Positions 45,287 to 54,350 of a stretch of DNA of 64,000 nucleotides are shown piece after piece. The notes under the pieces were generated by a model. It saw only the letters and a program-made list of their open reading frames with translations. It made no database searches and had not been told where the DNA came from. Source of the DNA: an uncultured Sphaerobacteraceae bacterium (lineage in GTDB: Bacteria > Chloroflexota > Chloroflexia > Thermomicrobiales > UBA6265). Numbering within the stretch: the stretch's first letter is position 1; the number at the start of each line of letters is the position of its first letter. The position numbers and the translations under genes are program-made. The stretch is taken from the NCBI GenBank assembly GCA_964461025.1, contig CAYWSE010000007.1, positions 1,260 to 65,259 of the forward strand, written 5' to 3'.

Positions 45287-47811
45287 TGCAAAAAGAGAAA
45301 TCCGCAATGGTCGAGGAACGGAAGAGTTCGGATCATGAAGACTTTCCGGTTGGGCTCGCCGAGATTCGAGCTGCTCAGCGGTTGCTTGGTGGATCGGCCG
45401 GCGATCTGCCCGCCGGGCCCGTCGCCATTCGCACACCGCTCGTCTTCAGTGAGCCGCTGACCCATCAGCTTGGCTGCCGGGTCTGGTTGAAGCTGGAGAA
45501 CCTGCAAAGAACCGGCTCGTACAAGGTTCGGGGCGCTTTCAACAACATTGCGAATCTCTCGCCTGAAACTCGGTCCAGAGGCCTGATTACCGCGTCGGCT
45601 GGTAATCACGCTCAAGGCGTCGCCGCAGCGGCGGCGGCATTCGGCGTTGCCGATAAGACCACCATCTTTGTGCCCGTTGGCACGCCAAAGGTCAAACAGG
45701 ACAACACCCGCGGTTTCGGCGTCGAAGTTCGCGAAACAGGCGACACGTTCGATCAGGCGCGCGAAGCAGCCTATCTGGAAGCCGCGCAATCAGAACGTGC
45801 ATTCATCGAACCCTTCGACGACTGGAACACGATCGCCGGTCAGGGCACAATCGGATTGGAGATCGCCGAGGACCTGCCGAGTTGCAGAGCCATCATTTCG
45901 CCAGTCGGCGGCGGTGGACTGATCTCTGGCATCGCCCTTGCCATCCGGGAACTTCTGCCCGACGTGACGATTGCCGGCGCTCAGGCAGCTGGCAGTGCAG
46001 CGATGCAACTCTCACTCGAGACCGGCGAACCGACCGCACTACCTGCCCCGCCGGCGACCCAGATTGCGGACGGCATCAAGGTCCGCAAACCGGGCGAACG
46101 GCCGTTTGCCGTCGTTCGATCGTTACTCGGTCGCGACGCGATCGTACCGGTGCCCGACATCGAAACGGTCGCCGCCGCTGCCGACCTGATGGTCTACGCC
46201 AAGCTCATCGCCGAAGGCGCCGGCGCCATCAGTCTTGCCGCTCTGCGCGAGATTCAGATGCGCCGTGCACCGTCGCACAACCCGTTTGGACCAGACGACG
46301 ATGTAGTGGTCATTGTCAGTGGCGGGAATATAGATCCCAGTTTCTCCTGGCGCATTCTTTACGAACAGACTGTCCCCAATCTGATCACACTGCGAGTGGC
46401 GATGCCCGATCGGCCAGGCGAGCTGCTGAGGATGCTTCTGCCGATCGCCAGGCAAAACGTCAACATCATCGACGTCGATGTGAACCGTCTCGACTCACGA
46501 CCACGCATCGGAGAGCGCATCGTCGAAGTTTGCGTGGCGATCGCGCACCAGGCTCAGGCAGATCAGCTCATCGCCTCACTCAATGAATCCGGCTACAGGG
46601 TGCTCGTCAGCCGGTGGCATGATCCGAAGTCCCAGACGGCTGGATACACGGTTCCGTCCGCCTACGCTGAAGTGCGGACCACCATCGAGCGGGCTATTCA
46701 GCCGGCTACGCAGACTGTGACTCCCGCCGCATCGGCTCCCTTCGTCGACCTCAGTATCGAGCACTTTCAACTGACCGACGCCCAGGGCCGGAGTCGCCCG
46801 GGGAACACCTTCTTGCCAGGTGAAGCGGTGTATGTTGGATTCAATCTGCGCAATGCGGGCCGGCACGGCGCACCAGCAGGTTTGAGGACCGGAGTCTACG
46901 CCAACGCCTCATCCGGAGGGATACCCGATCTGCGGATCGCTCCCGATTTGGCAATTCGGCACGGACCATTTACTCCCAGGCGAGCGCCATACCTCTATGG
47001 TTCATGGCCGGGAGGCCCCAAGAGCTCCCGATTTGCCGACCGGAAGACGTTCATCGCACAAGACGAACCTGGAACATACCTGGCCCTCGCGTGTGTGGAT
47101 CTCGATGGCGTGCTGGGTCCGGCGAACAACCGGCGGATGGCGAGCGTCGAGTATCAGATCGTCCAGGATCTGCCCACCGCTGAGGATCCAACCTACGAGG
47201 ATGATCTTGGCGCAGCGTCGCTAGTTGTGAACAAGAAGCGCCCACTTCCCCGCGATTACGTGCCCTCCGCACTTCGCCTGCCGAACGTGCCTCGCGACGA
47301 CAACCATGAAGTCCGTCCCGAGGTAGCGACGGCGGTGGAAGGTCTTTTTGCGGCGGCATTGCAGAAGGGCATCCGCCTTCGGCTTCTTTCCGGCTATCGA
47401 TCGTGGGCGCGGCAGAAAACGCTGCATGAGGAGATGGCGGGTTCATCTGGATTGACTAGAGCGTTGCGTCTCGTGGCCCGGCCGGGTTACAGCGAGCACC
47501 AATCCGGACTGGCGATCGATCTTGGTGATTCCGACAATACCGGCCTTGATTTTCACAACACTTTTGCCGATTCGCCCGCTGGTAAGTGGCTCGCCGCGAA
47601 CGCCGCAGATTTTGGGTTCCACGTGCGCTATCCACGGGATCGCGAAGCAATCACCGGATTCGCCTGGGAGTCGTGGCACTTCCGCTTTGTCGGAAGGACG
47701 CTGGCCAGGGAGCTGCAATCGACCGGAGTTACGCTCGAGGAGTACTTTGGAGTCGAAGGTGGCGATTACTTCGATAAGCCCGCCGAGCCAGGGATCTTTG
47801 CTGATGAGTGA
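45286..47811 (+). CDS. Three-part fusion: threonine/serine dehydratase-like fold-type-II PLP enzyme with ACT domain, then a CARDB-like beta-sandwich region, then a VanY/M15B D-Ala-D-Ala carboxypeptidase domain
   Basis: Single uninterrupted 841-codon ORF. ATG 45286 overlaps the manC stop (TGATG). PLP part: NLQRTGSYKVRGAFN, SAGNHAQGVA, PVGGGGLISG. ACT-like: LRVAMPDRPGELLRML. Middle: LPGEAVYVGFNLRNAGRHGAP. M15B motifs: SGYRSWARQ, GYSEHQSGLAIDL, WESWHFRFVG. I saw no hydrophobic TM or signal segment. Confidence 0.75.
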   Translation: MQKEKSAMVEERKSSDHEDFPVGLAEIRAAQRLLGGSAGDLPAGPVAIRTPLVFSEPLTHQLGCRVWLKLENLQRTGSYKVRGAFNNIANLSPETRSRGLITASAGNHAQGVAAAAAAFGVADKTTIFVPVGTPKVKQDNTRGFGVEVRETGDTFDQAREAAYLEAAQSERAFIEPFDDWNTIAGQGTIGLEIAEDLPSCRAIISPVGGGGLISGIALAIRELLPDVTIAGAQAAGSAAMQLSLETGEPTALPAPPATQIADGIKVRKPGERPFAVVRSLLGRDAIVPVPDIETVAAAADLMVYAKLIAEGAGAISLAALREIQMRRAPSHNPFGPDDDVVVIVSGGNIDPSFSWRILYEQTVPNLITLRVAMPDRPGELLRMLLPIARQNVNIIDVDVNRLDSRPRIGERIVEVCVAIAHQAQADQLIASLNESGYRVLVSRWHDPKSQTAGYTVPSAYAEVRTTIERAIQPATQTVTPAASAPFVDLSIEHFQLTDAQGRSRPGNTFLPGEAVYVGFNLRNAGRHGAPAGLRTGVYANASSGGIPDLRIAPDLAIRHGPFTPRRAPYLYGSWPGGPKSSRFADRKTFIAQDEPGTYLALACVDLDGVLGPANNRRMASVEYQIVQDLPTAEDPTYEDDLGAASLVVNKKRPLPRDYVPSALRLPNVPRDDNHEVRPEVATAVEGLFAAALQKGIRLRLLSGYRSWARQKTLHEEMAGSSGLTRALRLVARPGYSEHQSGLAIDLGDSDNTGLDFHNTFADSPAGKWLAANAADFGFHVRYPRDREAITGFAWESWHFRFVGRTLARELQSTGVTLEEYFGVEGGDYFDKPAEPGIFADE

Positions 47812-48007
47812 CGCCGCAGATCGCAAGCCAGAACACTCGCCCGACGACCCGTTGGCCGAACCATTCGCGCTGCGTGATGTTTCGGAACGACTACCCAACG
47901 AGTCACTCCGCTCGGAGCTCGAAAAAATGTCAGAGGACGAACGGGAAGCCTACCTTCAGCACCTCGAGGAACTCTCGCGCCAATACCTCGGGCCGGGTGG
48001 TCCCTGA
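47804..48007 (+). CDS. Small acidic hypothetical protein (67 aa)
   Basis: ATG 47804 overlaps the end of the fusion gene by 8 nt. MSDAADRKPEHSPDDPLAEPFALRDVSERLPNESLRSELEKMSEDEREAYLQHLEELSRQYLGPGGP. Its stop abuts the stop of the convergent gene. Confidence 0.4.
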   Translation: MSDAADRKPEHSPDDPLAEPFALRDVSERLPNESLRSELEKMSEDEREAYLQHLEELSRQYLGPGGP

Positions 48008-49033
48008 TCAGGTCCAGGCGACATTCCACTCTCGCGCCGCTTCCATCAGGCTTTCCCAAATCGGACCGGCCACATCGATGCCGTCGTGCTCGCGACGAGC
48101 CCGCTCGATGACTTCCGGTTCTCCGGGCAGCAGGACCACCTCGAAACCTTCAGCAGGGGCCGCGTTGTGCACGTCCTCGACCTGTGCCTCAACCGCGCCG
48201 AGGAAGTCTTCCAGCGGCGCAAGGCGAGAGACATCGATCGCGATGATGACCGGTCCATTTGAACCTCGATGAGCGGAGAGCCGCTCCGGAACCATCCCGG
48301 CCAACCCACGTCCCATCAACTGGGCGAACAGGGAAACGCCGGACCCTTTGTGAGCACCGAATGCGACAAGCGCGCCGCCGTCGTAGAAATCGTTCGGATC
48401 GATGGATGGTAGCCCGTCGATGTTCACGACGGCGCCCGGCGGCGCGGGTAACCCCTTGACCCGAGCGACCCGCAATTTTCCTTCCGCGATGAACGCGGTC
48501 GCCACATCGAGCGTCACCGGAGGCTGATCGTTGGCACGAGGCACCGACCAGGCGAACGGGTTGGTTCCCATCACGCGGCTTCGTCCGCCATACGGAGCCA
48601 CGGCTGGTCCGGCGTTCGCCATCGCCATACCGACCATCTGTCTGGAGGCGACGAACTCGACGTAGGGCGCCACACGACCGATGTGATAGCAGCGCTCGAC
48701 CGTGCCAAGACCGATGCCGAATTCCGTCGCGCCGCGGATCGCCTCCTCTGTCGCGAGCTGCATCGCGGTTTGCCCCCAACCCCAATGTCCGTCGACCAGC
48801 GTCATGGCGCCGGTTGTCTTTGTCACGGTCGCTCTGGCCGCCGGGTCGAGCGCGCCCGATTGAACCTGCTCCAGATAGGCCAACATCCGGATGACGCCGT
48901 GAGAGTCATGTCCGGCGAGATTGGCATCGACAAGCGCATTGCCGACGAAGCTGGCGATGTCCTCCGGCGTACCGGCGGCCTCCAGCAAGGCGCGCATCAG
49001 TTCGCGGAGCTCGTCGGGGCGTCGAAGTGCCAT
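48008..49033 (-). CDS. Ldh_2-family (malate/L-lactate/ureidoglycolate dehydrogenase type 2) oxidoreductase
   Basis: LVDANLAGHDSHGVIRMLAYLEQVQSG...GTNPFAW...AFGAHKGSG. Confidence 0.8.
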   Translation of the reverse strand: MALRRPDELRELMRALLEAAGTPEDIASFVGNALVDANLAGHDSHGVIRMLAYLEQVQSGALDPAARATVTKTTGAMTLVDGHWGWGQTAMQLATEEAIRGATEFGIGLGTVERCYHIGRVAPYVEFVASRQMVGMAMANAGPAVAPYGGRSRVMGTNPFAWSVPRANDQPPVTLDVATAFIAEGKLRVARVKGLPAPPGAVVNIDGLPSIDPNDFYDGGALVAFGAHKGSGVSLFAQLMGRGLAGMVPERLSAHRGSNGPVIIAIDVSRLAPLEDFLGAVEAQVEDVHNAAPAEGFEVVLLPGEPEVIERARREHDGIDVAGPIWESLMEAAREWNVAWT

Positions 49034-49146
49034 TGATCCCTCGCTTGCGTTACGCTCTGACTTGTTCTCAGAGCAATTGAGACCATCGTCGCGGCATTAT
49101 CCGCGATTCGCTGTCGGTCTCGAAGAGCCGGGAAAGGAAACCATCC

Positions 49147-49506
49147 ATGAAGCACTATCGACCAGACGAGATCGAGGCAATTCCCGACAGATCACCGATA
49201 TTCATCGGCGTAGTCTCTCGCCAGTCGCTCGTCACGGACGACAACCCGGATCGCCTGCGCGCCAACATCGTCACATTTCATCAGGGCGCACGCAATAAGC
49301 TCCATCACCACGGCGCCGACCAGCTGCTGGTTGTCACGGCTGGACAGGGAATTGTCGCGACGGAGCATGAGTCGGTCGAGGTCTCAGCGGGGGATGTCAT
49401 CCACATTCCGGCAGGTGAACGCCATTGGCATGGCGCGCAACCGGGTCACGATTTTGCCCACATCTCGATCCTCACACCAGGAGAGATGGTGATCGACGAG
49501 GAATGA
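49147..49506 (+). CDS. Cupin-domain protein
   Basis: GARNKLHHHGADQLLVVTAGQG...GDVIHIPAGERHWHG carries both cupin motifs. Confidence 0.75.
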   Translation: MKHYRPDEIEAIPDRSPIFIGVVSRQSLVTDDNPDRLRANIVTFHQGARNKLHHHGADQLLVVTAGQGIVATEHESVEVSAGDVIHIPAGERHWHGAQPGHDFAHISILTPGEMVIDEE

Positions 49507-49509
49507 CAG

Positions 49510-49725
49510 TTAACCCTCGAAGCCGCGCACGACGCCTTGCAGGAGCTGCCCCGACTCGGCCATGACAAAACGCAATCCGTCGAGATGCACGAGCACTTCC
49601 AGCAGATCCTGTCCCTGAAAGTGCTCGACTCCGTCCGCCAGCTCGCAGCATTCAAGTAGTGCGCTGACGAGATTCTCACGCGCTTGTGCCGCTCGTGCCG
49701 CTGTTTGTCTCTTGTATTCGTCCAC
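49510..49725 (-). CDS. Small hypothetical protein downstream of the amidase (71 aa)
   Basis: GTG-start ORF 37 nt after the amidase stop, with a helical-looking sequence (ENLVSALLECCELADGVEHFQGQDLLEVLVHLDGL). I recognised no motif. Confidence 0.3.
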   Translation of the reverse strand: MDEYKRQTAARAAQARENLVSALLECCELADGVEHFQGQDLLEVLVHLDGLRFVMAESGQLLQGVVRGFEG

Positions 49726-49761
49726 GATCTGCCTCTTGCTGTTGTTGCCGTCAGGTTTGAT

Positions 49762-51144
49762 TCAAACCAGAGGGAATTCCCTTGGAATCGCGAGCGCATC
49801 CTCGACCCGCCGCCCGATTGCGAGCAAATGCTCATCTGCATACGGACGGCCAGCAAGCTGCAATCCGACAGGAAGGCCCTCGCCATCGAACCCGCACGGA
49901 ATCGATAGCGCCGGTTGCCCAGTCACGTTGAATGGCATCGACAACCGGGTATAGGCAAGACTGACATGCTCGCACGTGCCGTCCTCGTACGACACGACCG
50001 GGTCGTCGGCTGGTGCGGACACACCCGGAGTCGCCGGCGTCAGCATTGCATCGAGCTCGTACGCTTCGAACACCCTCCGGCATGAATCGGCAATGATCCG
50101 GCGTGCTTGCATCGCCCGCACATAGGCATTCGCGGGCACAAGAGCGCCCGATTCAATGCGCAGCCTCAGCTCCTCCCCGTAGCCGCCCCACTTTTCCGGC
50201 AAATCCGCAATGTGCACAGCCGAAGATTCGACCCGGTTGATGATGAAACTGCTTGCCCTGGCGATTCCCGCCTCAGGCCACGGAGATTCGATGATGGTGA
50301 TTCCGGCGGCGCGAAGCGCCCCAATTGCTGAATCGATCGCCGCAGCGACTCCAGGCTGCAACCGCTCGAAGAAATGGGGACGTGCTATACCGATCCGGCA
50401 GGTCGCCGGTCGGGACGGCGATGTCAGCCGGCGACCGCTGGACTGCATCACCCGGTAGAGCAGAGTCGCGTCGTCGATCGTTCTTGCCAGCGGACCAACC
50501 GTGTCGAGCGACCAGGAAAGAGGATACACGCCGTAAGTGTCGAGCACGCCGAATGTTGGCTTGAACCCGACCACTCCACAAACCGAAGCCGGGATGCGAA
50601 TGCTGCCGCCAGTATCTGAACCCATACCGGCCAGAGCTGAACCGGCGGCAATCGACGCCGCTGTTCCGCCAGACGATCCTCCGGGAATGCGATCCGGATT
50701 CCACGGATTCCGGGCTGGAGGACTGATCACCCCAGCTGCGAATTCCTGTGTCACGGTCTTGCCAAGGATGATCGCTCCTGATTCGCGGAGCAGGCGCACA
50801 ACTGCCGCATCCTCTGACGCGCGTTCGGCCTGGTCCCGCGACCGCGATCCGCATTTCGTCGGAGCCCCTTCGACGTCGAATATGTCCTTGATGCCGATGG
50901 GTATGCCATGCAACGGTCCGCGTGTTTCGCCTTTGGCAAGCTCCTCATCGCACAATCGAGCTTCCGTGCGCGCACCATCGTCATCGATCGATACCCAGGC
51001 GTGGACTGAAGGTTCTGTCTGCTCGGCACGCGCCAGGACAGACTCAACGAGCTCCGTCGCCGAAAGCGCGCGGCTCCGCATCAGCGATGCCGCCTCGAGG
51101 ATCGTCAGTGCCCAGGGATCCGATGCAGTCGCCGGCCCGTTCAC
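49762..51144 (-). CDS. Amidase-signature (GatA/AtzE-like) amidohydrolase
   Basis: GIPIGIKD...GGSSGGTAASIAAGSALAGMGSDTGGSIRIPASVCGVVGFKPTFG is the complete AS signature with the Ser-cisSer-Lys context. Confidence 0.85.
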   Translation of the reverse strand: MNGPATASDPWALTILEAASLMRSRALSATELVESVLARAEQTEPSVHAWVSIDDDGARTEARLCDEELAKGETRGPLHGIPIGIKDIFDVEGAPTKCGSRSRDQAERASEDAAVVRLLRESGAIILGKTVTQEFAAGVISPPARNPWNPDRIPGGSSGGTAASIAAGSALAGMGSDTGGSIRIPASVCGVVGFKPTFGVLDTYGVYPLSWSLDTVGPLARTIDDATLLYRVMQSSGRRLTSPSRPATCRIGIARPHFFERLQPGVAAAIDSAIGALRAAGITIIESPWPEAGIARASSFIINRVESSAVHIADLPEKWGGYGEELRLRIESGALVPANAYVRAMQARRIIADSCRRVFEAYELDAMLTPATPGVSAPADDPVVSYEDGTCEHVSLAYTRLSMPFNVTGQPALSIPCGFDGEGLPVGLQLAGRPYADEHLLAIGRRVEDALAIPREFPLV

Positions 51145-51362
51145 CGGCGATCCCAGGATGGATCGAACGTCGACGCGGGCGCGTGTGTCCCGATGTCCAG
51201 AGCTTCGAGTTGCTCGAGAAAACCGAGCAATTCTTCCAGTCGTATCTGGGCGCCCTCTACTCGCTCAGGGGGGATCACATATCCTCTGAGCGCTGATCCC
51301 TCGCGGTCGCGAATTGGTTCTGACCTGGGTATTTGAGCCGTCACTCCCAATCCCTCCGCCAT
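51141..51362 (-). CDS. GatC/AtzG-like small subunit candidate (73 aa)
   Basis: Its stop overlaps the amidase start by 4 nt. IPPERVEGAQIRLEELLGFLEQLEALDIGTHAPASTFDPSW resembles the GatC / DUF4089 (AtzG-like) C-terminal pattern. Confidence 0.5.
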   Translation of the reverse strand: MAEGLGVTAQIPRSEPIRDREGSALRGYVIPPERVEGAQIRLEELLGFLEQLEALDIGTHAPASTFDPSWDRR

Positions 51363-51441
51363 TCAGGCATTGCAGGGGCGACCATTCAACATTTCGTCAA
51401 ATATGGCGTCCATAATACCCGCCCCGCGCAACGTTCACTTT

Positions 51442-52518
51442 TCAGTCTTGCCCAGCCGGAGGTGTGGTCAGGAACGCCTCCAGCAAATCGACACAGGCGA
51501 CGACATCTCGCTCATCGACCATTTCGATTGGTGAATGGGTATAGCGGGTTGGATACGTGATCAGGGCTATCTCCGTTCCGCGTTTCAACAGCGCGGCGGC
51601 ATCACTGCCGTAGTTCTGATAGATCGCCCGTTGCACAGGAATCCCGTGTTCTGCCGCTACGGCGACAAGCCGCTCACACAAACGCCACGAGTAATGCGCC
51701 GAACTGTCGTGATAGACGATCGCCGGACCGCCGCCCATCACATTGGGATAGTCCCGCTTGTCTGGACCTGGAATATCTCCCACCAGGCCAACATCGAGAT
51801 TGAGACAAAGATCGACATCGATTTCGTCGGCAATGCTGCTGGCTCCCTGCAAACCCGCTTCTTCCTGCACGGTTGAAACAAGCCAGACTTCGTAGGCGAG
51901 ATCATCCCGGCCGGCGAGTCGCTCGGCGGCCATCGTGGCGATCGCCAGAGCGGCGCGGTCGTCCATCGCCTTCCCGGAAATGCGATGCTCGCCGATGCGA
52001 CGTGTCGGCGGATTCCATATCACCCGGCAACCAGCGTGAACGCCCATCGCTTCGGCTTCAGAACGCGTGGAGACGCCGAGATCGATAAACCAGTCGTTCC
52101 ACTCCCAGCCGTCCTTGTTCCGCTCCTTGCTCCCGACGACATGCCCGCTGGCCGTCGCGAAAACCCCCTGAACGGTCCCTGTCGGCGTCACGACAAGCGC
52201 GGGCTGGTTGAGAGGCATCACCCACTTCGGAGGTCGCCCACGCGCGTCGGTTGAATAAGGCCAGATGTGCAGAAAGCCGTCTTCATGGATGCTTTTCACC
52301 ATGAAGCAGATCTCGTCGGCATGCGCCATCAACGCCAGCCTCGGGCCGTTTCCGCCGAGCTTGCCGATGACGTTGTTGACCCTTGTGCGGCGCACTTCCG
52401 CGATACCCGTCCAGCGATCGGCGATCCAGTCCTGGACGACATCTTCCATGCCGGTTGGTCCGGGAAGCTCGGTCAGTGTCTTGATCAGGTCGAAGGTCGA
52501 TTCGTTTTTCGTAGCCAC
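51442..52518 (-). CDS. M42-family metallo-aminopeptidase (FrvX/YsdC-like)
   Basis: FDLIKTLTELPGPTGMEDVV...LMAHADEICFMV...GKAMDDRAA...STVQEEAGLQGA. Confidence 0.8.
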   Translation of the reverse strand: MATKNESTFDLIKTLTELPGPTGMEDVVQDWIADRWTGIAEVRRTRVNNVIGKLGGNGPRLALMAHADEICFMVKSIHEDGFLHIWPYSTDARGRPPKWVMPLNQPALVVTPTGTVQGVFATASGHVVGSKERNKDGWEWNDWFIDLGVSTRSEAEAMGVHAGCRVIWNPPTRRIGEHRISGKAMDDRAALAIATMAAERLAGRDDLAYEVWLVSTVQEEAGLQGASSIADEIDVDLCLNLDVGLVGDIPGPDKRDYPNVMGGGPAIVYHDSSAHYSWRLCERLVAVAAEHGIPVQRAIYQNYGSDAAALLKRGTEIALITYPTRYTHSPIEMVDERDVVACVDLLEAFLTTPPAGQD

Positions 52519-52721
52519 CCGTTCCTCCCGTTGCTCAAAACGACGACTCGGCGGAGCGTATCCGCCAGCGAATCAGCGGTCAACGACCGCCGGTGATGAT
52601 GAATGGCCCGGCTATACTTCAACAGCGATAGAAGAGCCTGGGTGCCTGCGCCGGCATCCCTGGCGACGCCCGGATCACCGCATACGCAGGCTGATCCAGA
52701 CCAGGAGGACCCTGACTCACA

Positions 52722-54146
52722 ATGACAGACGTATCGACCGCTACTCATGAATTCGACCTGGTGCTTCTGGGCGGAGGAACCGGTGGCTACGTTGCCGCTA
52801 TTCGCGCCACACAGCTTGGACTCAAAGTTGCTGTGGTCGAGGAGCTCATTCTGGGCGGCACGTGTCTTCACCGCGGTTGCATCCCCGCAAAGGCCTTTCT
52901 GAAGTCTGCCGACGTTTACGATGAAGTCAAGAACGCCAAAGAGTTCGGCGTCGACATCTCCGGGGAGTTGTCCTTCAACTATGACGCAGCCCTGCAGCGC
53001 TCATTGAAGGTCGTCGAGGGGCAATATAAGGGGTTGCTCTACCTCTTCGAGAAGAAACACAAGATTCCGGTCTTCATGGGTCGGGGCAGGTTGCTCGACG
53101 CCAACACTGTCGGCGTGACGCCAAACGACGGCAGTACTCCATTTAGTCTGCGCGCGCCGAACATCATCATCAATACCGGTTCGCGGCCTCGTCCAATCAA
53201 GGACCTCCCCTACGATGGCGTTCGCGTCATCAATTCCGATCATGCCGTTGTCCTCGACCACCTTCCCAAAAGCTTCATCGTCCGCGGCGGCGGCGCGACC
53301 GGCGTCGAATGGTCATCCGCCTATCACCGGTACGGTTCGAAAACGACGCTTGTCGGCAACGTCGTACCGCAGGAAGACCACGAGATCTCCCAGGCGCTCG
53401 CGCGGGCGTTACAGCGACAGAAGATGGATGTCATCCAGGGCGCCAGGCCGACTGCTGCCGATATCGACCTCGGCAAAAAGGGCGTCACGATGAAAGTGAC
53501 CGACGAGAAGGGGAAAGAGAAGGTTCTCGAGGCCGAAGCCCTCCTCGTCGCGATCGGCCGGCAGGGCAACATCGAAGATATTGGGCTGGAAACCGTTGGT
53601 ATTCAGACTAAAGACGACATCATTCCGGTCGATGCCATGCAGCGAACCAATATCCCGAACATCTACGCGATCGGCGATGTGAACGGCAAGCAGATGCTCG
53701 CCCACACCGCCATGCATCACGGCATCATCGCCGTCGAGAACATCATGGGCCTGAACCCCTATCCGCTCGACGAGGAAATGAACTCTCCCAGCTGTACCTA
53801 CTGCGAACCAGAGATCGGCAGCATTGGTTTGTCCGAGAAGAAGGCGCAGGACAAGGGCTTCAACGTCAAGATTGGCAAATTCCCGATGAAGCCGAATGCC
53901 AAAGCGACCATCGCCGGCCACACCGACGGCTTCACAAAGATCGTCGCTGATGCTGATTCCAAAGATCTGCTTGGACTACACATCATCGGCCCCAACGCGA
54001 CTGAGTTGATCGCTGGTGGAGCAGTGGCGCGTCTGCTCGACAGCAGTCCGGAAGAGCTTGCAATCACCGTCTTTCCGCATCCGACGATTTCCGAGGTTAT
54101 CGGCGAGGCCGCCCACGACTGGCTGGGCCACGCGATCCACATTTAG
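52722..54146 (+). CDS. lpdA: Dihydrolipoyl dehydrogenase
   Basis: FDLVLLGGGTGGYVAAIRA, redox disulfide GGTCLHRGCIPAK, and C-terminal HPTISEV. No E1/E2 genes lie adjacent in the window. Confidence 0.85.
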   Translation: MTDVSTATHEFDLVLLGGGTGGYVAAIRATQLGLKVAVVEELILGGTCLHRGCIPAKAFLKSADVYDEVKNAKEFGVDISGELSFNYDAALQRSLKVVEGQYKGLLYLFEKKHKIPVFMGRGRLLDANTVGVTPNDGSTPFSLRAPNIIINTGSRPRPIKDLPYDGVRVINSDHAVVLDHLPKSFIVRGGGATGVEWSSAYHRYGSKTTLVGNVVPQEDHEISQALARALQRQKMDVIQGARPTAADIDLGKKGVTMKVTDEKGKEKVLEAEALLVAIGRQGNIEDIGLETVGIQTKDDIIPVDAMQRTNIPNIYAIGDVNGKQMLAHTAMHHGIIAVENIMGLNPYPLDEEMNSPSCTYCEPEIGSIGLSEKKAQDKGFNVKIGKFPMKPNAKATIAGHTDGFTKIVADADSKDLLGLHIIGPNATELIAGGAVARLLDSSPEELAITVFPHPTISEVIGEAAHDWLGHAIHI

Positions 54147-54181
54147 CCGTCAATTGGCAGATCGCGAGCAACGCAGGCGTT

Positions 54182-54266
54182 GCCGCTACACGTTTACAGG
54201 GCCACTGTAGCGGCGAAGCCCGCCTCGCTCGTCACCGCGCAGGTGTAGCGGCGAGGCCCGCCTCGC
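54182..54266. repeat. REP-like short repeats with internal GC hairpins
   Basis: TGTAGCGGCGA(A/G)GCCCGCCTCGC occurs twice in direct orientation (54206-54228, 54244-54266). In the second copy GGCGAGG-CCCG-CCTCGCC forms a perfect 7-bp hairpin. In the first copy the arms are GGCGAAG and CCTCGCT, so pairing is imperfect. An inverted 9-mer GCCGCTACA at 54182-54190 can pair with the first copy. The element lies just 3' of lpdA. Confidence 0.7.
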
Positions 54267-54350
54267 CCGTGTCTGGTACGCTACCGGGCAGACTGTGAAC
54301 CGGCGGTTTGCGCCGTCATTGGTGTGTTTGTCGAAGGGGAATGAACAAGA

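Noticed and set aside
52722-54146. lpdA as part of a pyruvate/2-oxoglutarate dehydrogenase operon
   Set aside because: No E1 or E2 genes lie adjacent, so it is treated as a stand-alone dihydrolipoyl dehydrogenase.
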